Below, piece by piece: positions 1 through 9,030 of a stretch of 64,000 nt of DNA. This DNA comes from Planctomycetota bacterium (GTDB taxonomy: Bacteria > Planctomycetota > UBA1135 > UBA2386). The DNA lies in NCBI GenBank assembly GCA_965223545.1, contig OZ245006.1:3680001-3744000 (forward strand), written 5' to 3'. Position 1 is the stretch's first letter. Every line of letters starts with the position of its first letter. Below the pieces are notes generated by a model. The model was given only the letters and a program-made list of their open reading frames with translations. It was not told where the DNA came from and did not search any database. The position numbers were made by a program, and so were the translations under genes.

Positions 1-1
1 G

Positions 2-85
2 CCGCGCCTATTCGTCGAGACGTATCCCCACGCGGAGACGGCGGTGGTGGTGCCGGAGACCGCGCCGGATTGGCTGTCGCCGTGA
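2..85 (+). CDS. C-terminal end of a gene entering from the left, probably an AAA_14/DUF4143-type ATP-binding protein
   Basis: Frame 2 reads PRLFVETYPHAETAVVVPETAPDWLSP*, with TGA at 83-85; resembles the F..YP....V.PE...L tail of that family. Confidence 0.4.
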   Translation, partial: PRLFVETYPHAETAVVVPETAPDWLSP

Positions 86-149
86 GGGGGTCGGAAGTCT
101 GTCAGCTCGATCATCCTGGTGTGTTCGCGGCTATGCTGTTTGGCCCCCA

Positions 150-270
150 GTCGAGCACGCCCCGGCGAGCGCCACCATCGTGACCCTCGACGAGCGCGAC
201 AGCGTTACGCTCGGCGGTGTGGAGGTCGACATCTTGCCCGCGTGGGAGTGGTGTTGCGCGGTCGGTAGGT
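150..270 (+). pseudogene. Orphan C-terminal fragment of an AAA_14/DUF4143-type ATPase
   Basis: Reads TIVTLDERDSVTLGGVEVDILPAWEW, like the family's IVT.DE.....G..I...PAW.W tail; no N-terminus; limits approximate. Confidence 0.45.
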
Positions 271-327
271 GTCGCGCGCAGCGCAACGGCGTGTGCGAGG
301 CCCTGAGATCGCCGCGCCATGAACGTT

Positions 328-570
328 GCCCGGACCCCGACGGCAACGACGCCCGTCCACGACCACGTCGTGGACGACGGAGGTACTCGAGGCCCGAGCT
401 CATGCAGCGGGTCTTCAACGTGGACGTCCTGGTGTGCTTGGCAACTGCGGCGCACCGATGCCAAGGTGCTCGACCTGCTTACCGACCCCGCGATCCTCGA
501 TCGCATCTTGGCAGCCATCTCGAGCTGCCCGCGGAGCCGCCGCTCATCGCGGCGGCTCGCGGCCCGCCCG
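328..570 (+). mobile_element. IS91-like (Y2/HUH) transposase C-terminal remnant, copy 1
   Basis: ELMQRVFNVDVLVC / GNCGAPM / KVLDLLTDPAILDRIL / SHLELPAEPPLIAAARGPP spread over three frames; near-identical to 2595-2790 and 8268-8510; lacks the downstream ori segment. Confidence 0.8.
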
Positions 571-775
571 TTCGCAGAATCGCAGCGAACTCCCGGGCCC
601 TCCGCGCACGGTCGAGCGAGTGGTTGAGGGAATGGGGCCACGCAGCGTCTCCATCGACTCTCTGTGCAAGGAGGCTCGGAGCCATTCAGCTAGACTCAGA
701 GGCCCTGAACGAGCTGCCACGGCGAGTGTGACGCGGACGGCACCTTTCGAGCCAGCGACGAGGAGAAGCCAGCGA

Positions 776-2071
776 ATGCATCGGACACTCATGATCGCCG
801 CGGTGGCGATCGCTGCTATGGGATGTGTGGGAGCGCCAGATCCGAACTGGACCCCGAGCTATCAACCGACGAGCGCGGCCCTGGAACGTCGCGATCGGCC
901 CGTCACCGCCGAGGACCTGCTGATTCTCCAGCGGGCAGCGGAGATCCTGAGCGACGAGTCCGTATGGAACCGCCGCGACAACCGTGTCTGTGAGGAAGAC
1001 GCCACGACCTGGAGCCTGTTCTGCGCCCTGCACAAGGCCTCTATCGAGACCATCGGCGAGTACCAGCACCGGCGCGTTGCTCTTCAAGAGGTCCGCTTCG
1101 CCATCGAGGACGTGACCGGAGGCGAGGAGTTCGAGAATCGCCTGGGGGACTTCAACAACACGCGGTCACATGCCGAGATCCTCGAGGTTCTCACCATGGC
1201 CACCGAGCGCGTCGAGTCGCGTTTGCATAGCCAGTCGACCTCGGCTTCCGGGCCGAAGATCGAAACCGGCTTTGCGGAGGTCAACGGCACGCGGCTGTAC
1301 TACGAGGTCGCCGGCACGGGCGACCCGATCGTGTTGATCCATGGGAACTTCGGTGATCGACGGTACTACGACGGCCAGTTCGAGGCCCTCGCCAGGCATC
1401 ACCGCGTGCTGCGCTACGACCTCCGGGGCTTCGGCCAGTCGATGCGGCCGGAAGAAGGGGTTCCCTACAGCGACTTCGAGGATCTCGAGGCCTTGATGAC
1501 GGATCTCGACATCGAGCGCGCGCACCTCGCCGGGTTCTCGCTGGGCAGCGCCATCGTGGTTGACTTCTGCCTGGCGTTTCCCGACCGGTGCCGCTCGCTG
1601 ATCGTCCTCGGGCCCTGGTTCTTCGGCTACGACTCGCCGGCTGCCCGGGCGATGTTCGAGGACTTCGGCACGATTGGTGCTGCCGCGGTCAGCGGCGGGC
1701 AGGACGCCGCGCTCGAGCAACTCCTCGCCGCGACCTGGTGGTACCCGGAGAAGGTCCCGCCGCGAGCCCTCGAGCGCGTGAAGGCGATCTGGAGCGACTT
1801 CGACTTCTGGCACTTCAGGAACCCCGACCCCCGGCGTTTCCTCACTCCAATGGCGGCCGAGCAGCTCGAGCGGATCACCTTACCCGCCCTGATCATCACG
1901 GCCGAGTACGACCTCGACGCCTGCCGAGCGGCTGCCGAACAGATGGATGCCAGGATTCCGGACAGCACGATGCTCGACCTGGCCGGCCTGACGCACTTCA
2001 TGTTCATCGAGCAGCCGGAGGACGTGAACGCAGCCATGCTCGAGTTCCTCGTCGACGCGGATGGTCGTTGA
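776..2071 (+). CDS. Lipoprotein: N-terminal DUF6197-like domain fused to an alpha/beta hydrolase
   Basis: AGGAG at 761-765, ATG 776; lipobox AAMGC; hydrolase motifs VLIHG, YDLRGFG, GFSLG nucleophile and late His (LTHF). Confidence 0.8.
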   Translation: MHRTLMIAAVAIAAMGCVGAPDPNWTPSYQPTSAALERRDRPVTAEDLLILQRAAEILSDESVWNRRDNRVCEEDATTWSLFCALHKASIETIGEYQHRRVALQEVRFAIEDVTGGEEFENRLGDFNNTRSHAEILEVLTMATERVESRLHSQSTSASGPKIETGFAEVNGTRLYYEVAGTGDPIVLIHGNFGDRRYYDGQFEALARHHRVLRYDLRGFGQSMRPEEGVPYSDFEDLEALMTDLDIERAHLAGFSLGSAIVVDFCLAFPDRCRSLIVLGPWFFGYDSPAARAMFEDFGTIGAAAVSGGQDAALEQLLAATWWYPEKVPPRALERVKAIWSDFDFWHFRNPDPRRFLTPMAAEQLERITLPALIITAEYDLDACRAAAEQMDARIPDSTMLDLAGLTHFMFIEQPEDVNAAMLEFLVDADGR

Positions 2072-2274
2072 CGCTCAACAGGCCATCGTCGCGCCTGGAG
2101 TGGTGACCTGGTACCTGGCGCGCGTCTACCGCCCTCCGGCTGATCAGGCGCGCTGACGAGCCTGCGCCCGTCGGTCATTGAGCCTTCCGACGCCATCGGC
2201 TTGAGTGCCACTTGGTGCCACGTTCCTGGTCCGCTCCAGTCCACTCGAGTCCGGGTCCAGTCGAACGGCACTTC

Positions 2275-3001
2275 TCGGCGGTCCGCCGCGTCGTCGTGCG
2301 CGCGATCTCTTCCTGGTACCGCGCGCGGGCGAAACGCCGCGGCATCGCCGAGCCGCGCACCGGCTGCGTGACCTTCATCCAGCGCTTCGACTCGGCGCTG
2401 CGATTGAACGCCCACTTCCACATGCTCTGGCCGGACGGCGTCTTCTCGATCGACTTCCGCGACGACGAACCACGCGACCGCGCCGAGTTCTAGGACACCA
2501 CCCCCACCACCGACGACGACATCCAGCGCCTGGTGAAGACGCTGCGGGATCGCGTGCTGCGGGTGCTGCGCAAACGGGGCAAGCTGCCACCCGAGGACGA
2601 CGGAGGTACTCGTGTGCCGAGCTCATGCAGCGGGTCTTCAAGGTGGACGTCCTGGTGTGCTTGGCAACTGCGGCGCACCGATGCCAAGGTGGTCGACCTG
2701 CTTACCGACCCCGCGGTCCTCGATCGCATCTTGGCAGCCATCTCGAGCTGCCCGCGGAGCCGCCGCTCATCGCGGCAGCTCGCGGCCCGCCCGAGGCGGC
2801 GCTGCCATTCGAGTGAAGAGCTTGCGTGCCGTTGACAAGAGGTCCCCACGCGCACGGGGTCTGCGCGCACCCCGGAGATTCGGGCGTCTCGCCTCGACGG
2901 GGACGCCTCAACCGCAGCCGCCGAGCGGTTCGGATACCATGGCAGGGTTCGCCCACCGCCTCCTGCGAAGGGCCGGAGGCACTTTGAAGCGCTTATCCCG
3001 C
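2275..3001 (+). mobile_element. IS91-like element remnant, copy 2 (HUH region, internal deletion, C-terminus and ori-like end)
   Basis: FIQRFDSALRLNAHFHMLWPDGVF (HUH motif); TAG at 2491-2493; jumps to the C-terminal part near 2595; ~185-nt tail ending in hairpin GCCTCC..GGAGGC then ACTTTGAAGCGCTTATCCCGC, shared with copy 3. Confidence 0.85.
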
Positions 3002-3002
3002 G

Positions 3003-3185
3003 GTGGCCCTGCCAATCGTGTCATCGGCGGCCGGCACGCTGACTCTGAGCCTGCCCGTGCCGAGCACGCCGAGCGTGGTCGGCGCCGAGCTGTCGTTCCA
3101 GCTGCTCGATCCGGACTGGAGCTTGTCGCAGTATTCGCTGCCACTCGGGCACTCGGGGGGCTTGACCGTCGAGATCGCGCCGTAG
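3003..3185 (+). pseudogene. Orphan C-terminal domain of a secreted protein, truncated by the IS91-like end
   Basis: SAAGTLTLSLPVPSTPSVVGAELSFQ...SGGLTVEIAP* matches the recurrent C-terminal domain in this window and starts right at the element end. Confidence 0.6.
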
Positions 3186-3436
3186 CTCACGGCAGTGAGC
3201 GCGAGCGCGAGTGTGCCCACGCTCTGGAGTGCAGTTGTGCCGTGAATTCGCCGCCGCCGTAGTTCGATGCGCGACTGCGGGTGGCGACCGCGGCTGGCTG
3301 AATGCGCACTACAGCCTGAGTCTGCCGATCCCCAACGCGATCGTTCCTTGGTTGTTGGCCCGGCGGGCCGGGCGCTAGCTTCGCCGGTCGGGAACGGGCA
3401 GCGGGGTGGCGGGCACTATTCTGTGAAGCCCCGCCG

Positions 3437-5899
3437 ATGACGCCCCAGTCGATCACCCAAGCCCTGGCCGAACACGATCGCTGGCTGAAGAGCCTGCTGC
3501 AGACCCTGGTGCGGCCGGACGAGGTCGAGGACCTCGCCCAGGAGACCTGGGTGGCGGCGCTGGTCGACCCGCCGCGAGCGCGCCGGCCATGGCGCGCGTG
3601 GCTGGCGACGGTGGCCCGGCGCAAGGCGCACCGGCGGCGGCGCGAGGTGGAGCGGCGCGTGCGGCGAGAGCAGCGCGCGGCGGCGCCCGAGGCGCTGCCC
3701 GGGGCCGATGAGCTGGTCGAGCAGGTCGAGTTCCGGCAACGGCTGACCGCGATCGTACTGGCGCTGGACGAGCCGTTCCGCAGCACGCTCTTGCAGCGGT
3801 TCTACGAGCGGCGCCGGCCGCAGGAGATCGCCCGCGCCTGCGGCGTGCCGCCGGCTACCGTGCGCAGTCGGCTGCACCGCGGCGTGGCGCAGGTGCGCTC
3901 GGCGCTCGACGCCGGTCCTGACCGCCGCCTGTGGCGAGCGGCGGCGCTGTTGGTCGGCGTGCGGCCGGATCGGGCTGCGGTCGCGCCCTGGATTCCCGGA
4001 GTGTTTGCCATGAGCACCAAGACCGTTGTGTGGCTCGGCGCGTTCGCCGCAGCATGTCTGCTCGCCTTGCCACTGCTGTGGCCGGAGCCCGCCGTCCCGG
4101 TGCGCGGCGGGGGAGGTGCTGTCGACGGCGCGGAACCGATGCGCGCCACCGCTGCGGCGGCGCGCGCGGCGGACACAACCCCTGAGCGCAGTGCGCTGCA
4201 GGCAAGACCGGCGGCGGCTCCCGATCCAGCGGCGGCGGTGCCGCTGGTGCGCGGCCGAGTGCTCGATCCGCACGGCCAGCCGATTGCGGGGGCGCGCGTG
4301 TTCACCAGGGCCAATCTGCAACCGTCCTTCGACGGCGATGGCGACGATCACACGCCGTTCGACGTCGTCGGCCGCGAATGGACGCCGATCGGCGAGACCG
4401 ATGCCCAGGGTGCGTTCGCGGCGGCGGCGACCGGTTGGCTCGTGGTCGGGCCGCCGCACATCGCGCTGCGGCCGACGATGGCACGGCCGGACTTGGAATG
4501 CGTGGTGGTCGCGGTGCGCGCCGTCGGTGTCGGTGGCGTGGTGACCGACGAGGATGGAGTGCCGCTGGCAGGCGTTCAGATCACCGGCTTCTGCGAACGC
4601 GTGCCGACTTTCCCCAGTTCGCTCGAGCAGAGCGCGCGGCCGGATTTTCTCGGTGGTCGCAGCGACGCGCAGGGCCGTTTTCGGCTGTCGCGAGTGGCCG
4701 GCACCGACGCGATGGAGCTGCGCTTCCGAGCTGCGGAGCACGAGCCGACCGTGGTGCGTGCGCCGGCCAACGACCGCTTCGACCTGTCCGTGGCGCTGCG
4801 CAAGCACGCCCGCGCTGGCGCGATTGCGGTGCGCGGTCACGTCTACGCGCCCGACGGTGCTGTGGTGGCGCAGGCCTTGGTCGGCTACGGCGATCGCTCG
4901 ACGCGCACCGATGCCGGCGGTGGCTTCGCGCTGCACGTCGCCGAGGTCGATCCGCGCGAAGTGCTGTTCGCAGTCGCCGACGGCTTTGCGGCGGCGTCGG
5001 TGACCCTGAGTGCGCCGCCCGACCAACCGCTGGCACTGCGGCTCGGCCGGCTCGACGGCGTGCTGCGCGGCCGGATTGTGGATGCCGACGACCGGCCGCG
5101 GCCGAACTTACAGGTATACCTGCATGATCTGCGCCACCTCGGCTCGACCGCGCACACCGAGATCGGTTTCGAGGTCGGGGCCGGCGACGACTGGATCGGG
5201 CCGCACGATGTCAGCGGCGCCGACGGGCACTTCGAGATCGCCGGGGTGCGCCGCCGGCCGTGGCGGCTGCAGCTGCTGGATCGGCGGCGTGGATTCGTGC
5301 ACACAACGGAACCGGTACCGACCGACCGCGAGGTGACGATCCGCATCCCGGCCGACGCGGTTTTTCCGGTGGTGCGCGGGCGGGTGGTCGATCGCCGCGG
5401 TCACGGTGTTGCCGGAGTCTCGGTCACCTATCGGGTGCCGATCCGCATGCGCGACGGTCAGGGGGTCAGCACCACCGGCGTGCGCTGTGTCAGTGCCGCC
5501 GACGGCGCGTTCGAGCTGGTCGATGTGCCCGTGACCACCGGTCGGCTGTTGGTCTCCGGCGATGAGATCGTGCCGACCGAGCACCGGCTTCGCTCGCCAC
5601 CGGCCGCCGAGGAGACGGTGCGGGTCGCGGCCCGCCGCCGGTTCCGGGTGTTTGCGCCCGCGGCCGGCGAGGACGCCGAGATCGTGGTGCTCGCCGAGGA
5701 CGGCGAGCCGATGGCGATCCGCTGCTTCGACGAGCACGGCCACGTCTGGGGTTCGTCGTGGCGACTCACCGGCGGACGCACCGAAGTGCTGGTGGTCGGC
5801 GACGCGGCCGCCGAGATCGTGCTGCGGTCCGGCGCGCGCGAGCTCGGTCGGCAGCCCCTGGCACTGCGCGGCGGCGTCACGGCGGAAATTCGCTTCTAG
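3437..5899 (+). CDS. ECF sigma-70 factor fused via a TM segment to carboxypeptidase-regulatory-like repeats
   Basis: EDLAQETW (region 2) and EIARACGVPPATVRSRLHRG (region 4); hydrophobic segment; repeated GRV.D..G.P..GA / TDA.G.F motifs. Confidence 0.9.
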   Translation: MTPQSITQALAEHDRWLKSLLQTLVRPDEVEDLAQETWVAALVDPPRARRPWRAWLATVARRKAHRRRREVERRVRREQRAAAPEALPGADELVEQVEFRQRLTAIVLALDEPFRSTLLQRFYERRRPQEIARACGVPPATVRSRLHRGVAQVRSALDAGPDRRLWRAAALLVGVRPDRAAVAPWIPGVFAMSTKTVVWLGAFAAACLLALPLLWPEPAVPVRGGGGAVDGAEPMRATAAAARAADTTPERSALQARPAAAPDPAAAVPLVRGRVLDPHGQPIAGARVFTRANLQPSFDGDGDDHTPFDVVGREWTPIGETDAQGAFAAAATGWLVVGPPHIALRPTMARPDLECVVVAVRAVGVGGVVTDEDGVPLAGVQITGFCERVPTFPSSLEQSARPDFLGGRSDAQGRFRLSRVAGTDAMELRFRAAEHEPTVVRAPANDRFDLSVALRKHARAGAIAVRGHVYAPDGAVVAQALVGYGDRSTRTDAGGGFALHVAEVDPREVLFAVADGFAAASVTLSAPPDQPLALRLGRLDGVLRGRIVDADDRPRPNLQVYLHDLRHLGSTAHTEIGFEVGAGDDWIGPHDVSGADGHFEIAGVRRRPWRLQLLDRRRGFVHTTEPVPTDREVTIRIPADAVFPVVRGRVVDRRGHGVAGVSVTYRVPIRMRDGQGVSTTGVRCVSAADGAFELVDVPVTTGRLLVSGDEIVPTEHRLRSPPAAEETVRVAARRRFRVFAPAAGEDAEIVVLAEDGEPMAIRCFDEHGHVWGSSWRLTGGRTEVLVVGDAAAEIVLRSGARELGRQPLALRGGVTAEIRF

Positions 5900-5917
5900 C
5901 GCGACCGTACCAGTGGT

Positions 5918-7384
5918 GTGGACACGTCGCCTCAGATGATCGAGGGTGGGTCCCTGCCCGCCCGGTGTGCCGACTGCCAACAGACGTTCCGGGTCGCCGC
6001 GGCGGACCGCGCCTACACGTGCCGGGCCTGCGGCGGCACGGTGCGCGCGGTCACGGCCGTGCACCACCTCGAGGGCACGGTGACCTGCGCGCAGTGCTCG
6101 GCGATCAACGTGCACAACGCGCAGTTCTGCGCCGGGTGCCACGCGCTGCTGGGCGAGTCGCCGGCGGTGCGGGTTACCGGTGAGGAGATGCGCCTGCGGC
6201 GCGAGGCGTCGAGCGAGCTGCGCCGCGGCTACCGCTGGATCACCGCGGTTTCGTGGCTGTTCCGGCTGGGTGCCGTCGGCTACGCCGCGGTGACGGTGGT
6301 GGCGGTGATGGCGCTGCGCAGCACCGAGGTCCCGGTGGGGCCGGGCGTGCTGGTCGTGGCGTTGGCGACGCTGCTGACCGTGACCATGTTGATGGGCGCG
6401 ATCCAGATCCTGTTCCAGCCGCTGCTGTGGACGGTAGTGGTCGCGGCGCTGGCGACTGCCGTGACCGTCGCCCATCTGATCGGACCGAACCCGCTCGGTC
6501 TGGCGTCGGTGTGGAGCGGCGCTTGGGCCATCGGGTTCTGGGCTGCCGTGTTGCCGATGTGGCGCTTCCGCCGGCTGATGGCAGCGCACACCGATCTGTA
6601 CATCGCGCACCACGCCAGCCATCAGACCAAGCGCTCGCTCGAGGGGCGATCGCCCGCTGAGCGGCACGAACGTTTGGTGCGGGCGATGCGCCGCGCGTCC
6701 CAGCGCGCGTGGTCGATCTCGGCGGTGTCGGCGGTCGGTCTTTGCCTGGTCAGTGGACTCGGCGCCTACCTGGTCTGGGCCAACCTGCGGCCGCACGGCC
6801 TGCAGCCGGCACTGGCGCGCTTCGAAGCGGCGTGGAACGACAACAACCTCGCCGCGGTGGACCGGCAGCTGTCACCGGTGGTGCGCGGCACGGTTTCGGC
6901 ACGCGTCGCCGCGATCGTCGAGGGCCACGGTTGGCGCTATGCCATGCCGAAGCTGGCGAACGGTCGGTCGCGCAGCGACGGCGACAGCGTCTGGATCGAC
7001 TACCAGACCGAGGCCGGGGTGGTGCAGACACGCTGGGTGCTGCGCAGCCAGGATTGGTACGCGACCGCGCTGGAGTTGCCACAGCCGCCGCTGGAGCCGG
7101 TGCTGCAGCGGTTCTACTCGGCGTGGCGCGACTCGGACGTGGCTGCCATCGCGGCGCTGGTGCCGCCGACCTACCAGCAACGCATGCACGAGTCGATCGA
7201 GCGCGCGCTCGAGCGTCGCGATTGGCAGCGGCTGCCGGAGATCCTGACCACTCAACGCGGCACGGCGCCCGACGGCGAGGTCGCGATCGCACTGTCGGTC
7301 GCCGGCGGCACGATCGACACAAAGTGGCGCTATCGCGTCGATGGTCGCTGGGGTCTGCAGTCGATACAGTTTCCCAAGCGTTGA
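5918..7384 (+). CDS. Zinc-ribbon membrane protein
   Basis: Four CxxC pairs at the N-terminus, 4-5 TM helices, C-terminal soluble domains; follows the sigma gene by 18 nt. Confidence 0.75.
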   Translation: MDTSPQMIEGGSLPARCADCQQTFRVAAADRAYTCRACGGTVRAVTAVHHLEGTVTCAQCSAINVHNAQFCAGCHALLGESPAVRVTGEEMRLRREASSELRRGYRWITAVSWLFRLGAVGYAAVTVVAVMALRSTEVPVGPGVLVVALATLLTVTMLMGAIQILFQPLLWTVVVAALATAVTVAHLIGPNPLGLASVWSGAWAIGFWAAVLPMWRFRRLMAAHTDLYIAHHASHQTKRSLEGRSPAERHERLVRAMRRASQRAWSISAVSAVGLCLVSGLGAYLVWANLRPHGLQPALARFEAAWNDNNLAAVDRQLSPVVRGTVSARVAAIVEGHGWRYAMPKLANGRSRSDGDSVWIDYQTEAGVVQTRWVLRSQDWYATALELPQPPLEPVLQRFYSAWRDSDVAAIAALVPPTYQQRMHESIERALERRDWQRLPEILTTQRGTAPDGEVAIALSVAGGTIDTKWRYRVDGRWGLQSIQFPKR

Positions 7385-7411
7385 CCCGCGGCTGGCGTGG
7401 TTGCTCGGGCC

Positions 7412-7663
7412 TCAGAGCTGCTTGGGCAATCGGATCACCTCGCGCAGCCCCGCCGTCAGAGTCGGGTGCTCCGACTCGAGCCGCTGGCAGGTCTCGGTCA
7501 CACAGTCGACCAGGGGCGAGTGCGGCGTCGACTCGTCCAGCGCCACTTGGATCTCGTTCAAGACCTCGCTGAGATGCCGCCGGTCGGCATCGTCGAGTAC
7601 GGCGCCGCTGGCCAGTTGTTCGTGCAGTGCGTCGAGCGCCTGGTTGAGTTTCTCGCGCGGCAT
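7412..7663 (-). CDS. DUF4404-like small protein
   Basis: MPREKLNQALDALHEQL...LESEHPTLT pattern; GAAGG upstream. Confidence 0.65.
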   Translation of the reverse strand: MPREKLNQALDALHEQLASGAVLDDADRRHLSEVLNEIQVALDESTPHSPLVDCVTETCQRLESEHPTLTAGLREVIRLPKQL

Positions 7664-7799
7664 GCCTTCGTCCTACTGATGTCGGGTGCCACTCCAGTCC
7701 ACGCCGAGCTCGGCGGTGGCATTCGAACCGTGTGTCAGTAGCCGAGACTGCGCAGGCGTCGCGCCTCCTCCGGGCTGGGGCGCGCCGGTCCGGCGTCCT

Positions 7800-7935
7800 C
7801 ACCGGTTCGACGATCGGGTTGTGCAGCGTGCAGAGCTCGCCAGCGCTCCTGCCAATCGGAGAGTAGGGCGGGTCGCCACGCGTTGTCGCGCTCGGCTGGG
7901 TCGGCCCGCAGGTCGTAGAGCTCGATGCCGTCGCT
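7800..7935 (-). pseudogene. Decayed sulfatase-like C-terminal fragment
   Basis: Minus strand reads DGIELYDLRADPAERDN, a typical sulfatase tail motif; no intact ORF; limits approximate. Confidence 0.35.
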
Positions 7936-8059
7936 GCGGCGCCGGTGCTGCCGGCGTGCGCGGACAGGTCGACGCGCACGGCGATGGGCTCGGTGGTATC
8001 CGTCGGTTGCAGGAAGCGCTCGCAGCCGCGGCGGTCCGCGTGCCGGAGTTCAGCCCCGA

Positions 8060-8719
8060 ACGGCTGGAGAAGCTGAAGAAGCGATACCGCGACGGCTCGA
8101 CCCACGTAGTCCTCAGCCCGCTCGACTTCATCGCGCGCCTCGCCGCGCTGGTTCCGCGGCCGCGCGTGCACCTCGTCACCTACCACGGGGTGTTCGCGCC
8201 GGCCGCGGCATACCGCGACCTCCTCGTCCCGGACCCGCCGGAGGAGGAGCAGCCCGCGTGCGCACATCGCCCGGACCCCGACGGCAACGACGACCGTCCA
8301 CGACCACGTCGTGGACGACGGAGGTACTCGTGTGCCGAGCTCATGCAGCGGGTCTTCAAGGTGGACGTCCTGGTGTGCTTCGCAACTGCGGCGCACCGAT
8401 GCCAAGGTGCTCGACCTGCTTTCCGACCCCGCGGTCCTCGATCGCATCTTGGCAGCCATCTCGAGCTGCCCGCGGAGCCGCCGCTCATCGCGGCGGCTCG
8501 CGGCCCGCCCGAGGCGGCGCTGCCGTTCGAGTGAGAGGCTTGCGTGCCGTTGACAAGAGGTCCCCGCGCGCACGGGGTCTGCGCGCACCCCGGAGATTCG
8601 AGCGTTTCGCCTCGACGGGGACGCCTCAACCGCAGCCGCCGAGCGGTTCGGATACCATGGCAAAGTTCGCCCACCGCCTCCTGCGAAGGGCCGGAGGCAC
8701 TTTGAAACGCTTGTCCCGC
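8060..8719 (+). mobile_element. IS91-like element remnant, copy 3 (C-terminal half and ori-like end)
   Basis: LKKRYRDGSTHVVLSPLDFIARLAALVPRPRVHLVTYHGVFAP; stop at 8534; tail near-identical to 2817-3001, ending ACTTTGAAACGCTTGTCCCGC. Confidence 0.85.
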
Positions 8720-8796
8720 TCTTTGACAGTTGGGTCGAGCGGCTTCGCCTCCCCGGCGGCTCGACCTCGATGATGCGGGGAGGCGGTGAGCTCGAG

Positions 8797-8904
8797 GTGG
8801 GTCAGTTTTGGTTTGCCGGCCCAGTGGACGAGCTGCGGGTCGGGGCGACCGTGGTGGGTCAGCTCCCGCTTGCCGACTGGGTCAGTTCTGGCTTGCCGCT
8901 TACA
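8797..8904. mobile_element. Isolated IS21-family-type terminus
   Basis: Three copies of TGGGTCAGYT-N5-TTGCCG (8797-8818, 8854-8875, 8878-8898) ending in CTTACA, i.e. 5'-TGTAAG on the minus strand; no istA/istB seen. Confidence 0.65.
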
Positions 8905-9030
8905 TGACGCCGCCTGGCGCCGCGCTGGTACCGAGTGTGAGCCGTGAAGCTTCGGCGGCGACTGAGAGCGGATGCCACCGCGGTGGCGATCGCTGCCGCG
9001 GGACATGCGCACCCCCTGGTTCGGGGCGCG

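Noticed and set aside
6750..8663. 637-aa minus-strand ORF and similar long Arg/Ala/Pro-rich ORFs (e.g. 18239-20332, 45435-47489)
   Set aside because: High-GC shadow frames overlapping well-supported genes, with no recognisable motifs
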